This document shows, in pieces, positions 3,828-4,038 of a stretch of DNA of 4,038 nt (position 1 is the stretch's first letter; every line of letters begins with the position of its first letter). The DNA lies in the IMG/VR virus record IMGVR_UViG_2703719368_000026; one strand, given 5' to 3'. Made by a program: the position numbers and the translations under genes. Origin of the DNA: a virus. Lineage: Duplodnaviria > Heunggongvirae > Uroviricota > Caudoviricetes. The notes beneath the pieces were generated by a model, which was not told the origin of the DNA, did not search any database, and saw nothing but the letters and a program-made list of their open reading frames with translations.

Positions 3828-4038
3828 GCACATCCGCATGGCGATGAATGCCTGGGCATATCCTGATGGTGAGAAAGTTCCTGCAGCTGAAATAGCCCGG
3901 ACTTATTTCGAACTGGGGATGACGTTCCCGGAACTGTACGACGACAGCCATCCGGAAGCCCTGGCTCGTAATACCCAGAAAATTTTCCGTTGGCTGGATA
4001 AAGACACCCCTGATGCTGTTGAAAAAATGCAGGCTCTG
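3811..4038 (+). CDS. ydaT: YdaT-like protein (cII-position gene of Rac-type prophages), 5' partial; continues beyond window
   Basis: ATG at 3811 opens a frame running to the window end with no stop: MKIKHEHIRMAMNAWAYPDGEKVPAAEIARTYFELGMTFPELYDDSHPEALARNTQKIFRWLDKDTPDAVEKMQAL. This matches my recollection of the Rac YdaT N-terminus. Not in the supplied ORF track because it has no stop in the window. Confidence 0.8.
   Translation, partial: MKIKHEHIRMAMNAWAYPDGEKVPAAEIARTYFELGMTFPELYDDSHPEALARNTQKIFRWLDKDTPDAVEKMQAL

Noticed and set aside
1-4038. CRISPR arrays, tRNA or rRNA genes, IS elements
   Set aside because: No regularly spaced repeat array, no tRNA-like cloverleaf region and no transposase-like ORF were seen in the window.

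Overview
This window reads as the left arm and immunity region of a lambdoid prophage in an E. coli-like chromosome, with a lambda-type int/xis module joined to a Rac-type (RacR/YdaS/YdaT) immunity module. On the minus strand: integrase (1..1119), overlapping excisionase (1088..1357), a short hypothetical ORF (1442..1720), a small ORF (2435..2665) downstream of a strong P_L-like promoter, and a RacR-like repressor (2903..3379). On the plus strand, divergent from racR: Cro-like ydaS (3504..3827) and the 5' part of ydaT (3811..window end). Both promoters are embedded in arrays of ATTAGGC/GCCTAAT operator half-sites. The left operon is very short, with no recombination or kil genes between xis and P_L. 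The best candidate for an undescribed function is a plus-strand ORF (1805..2320) convergent with the leftward operon, in the slot where Rac carries sieB. It encodes a coiled-coil plus CxxC..CxxC zinc-ribbon protein I cannot assign to any characterised family, and it is bracketed by a 13-bp inverted repeat built on a GGATATCC core. All calls are from reading the sequence and from memory of family features; no searches or computations were run.
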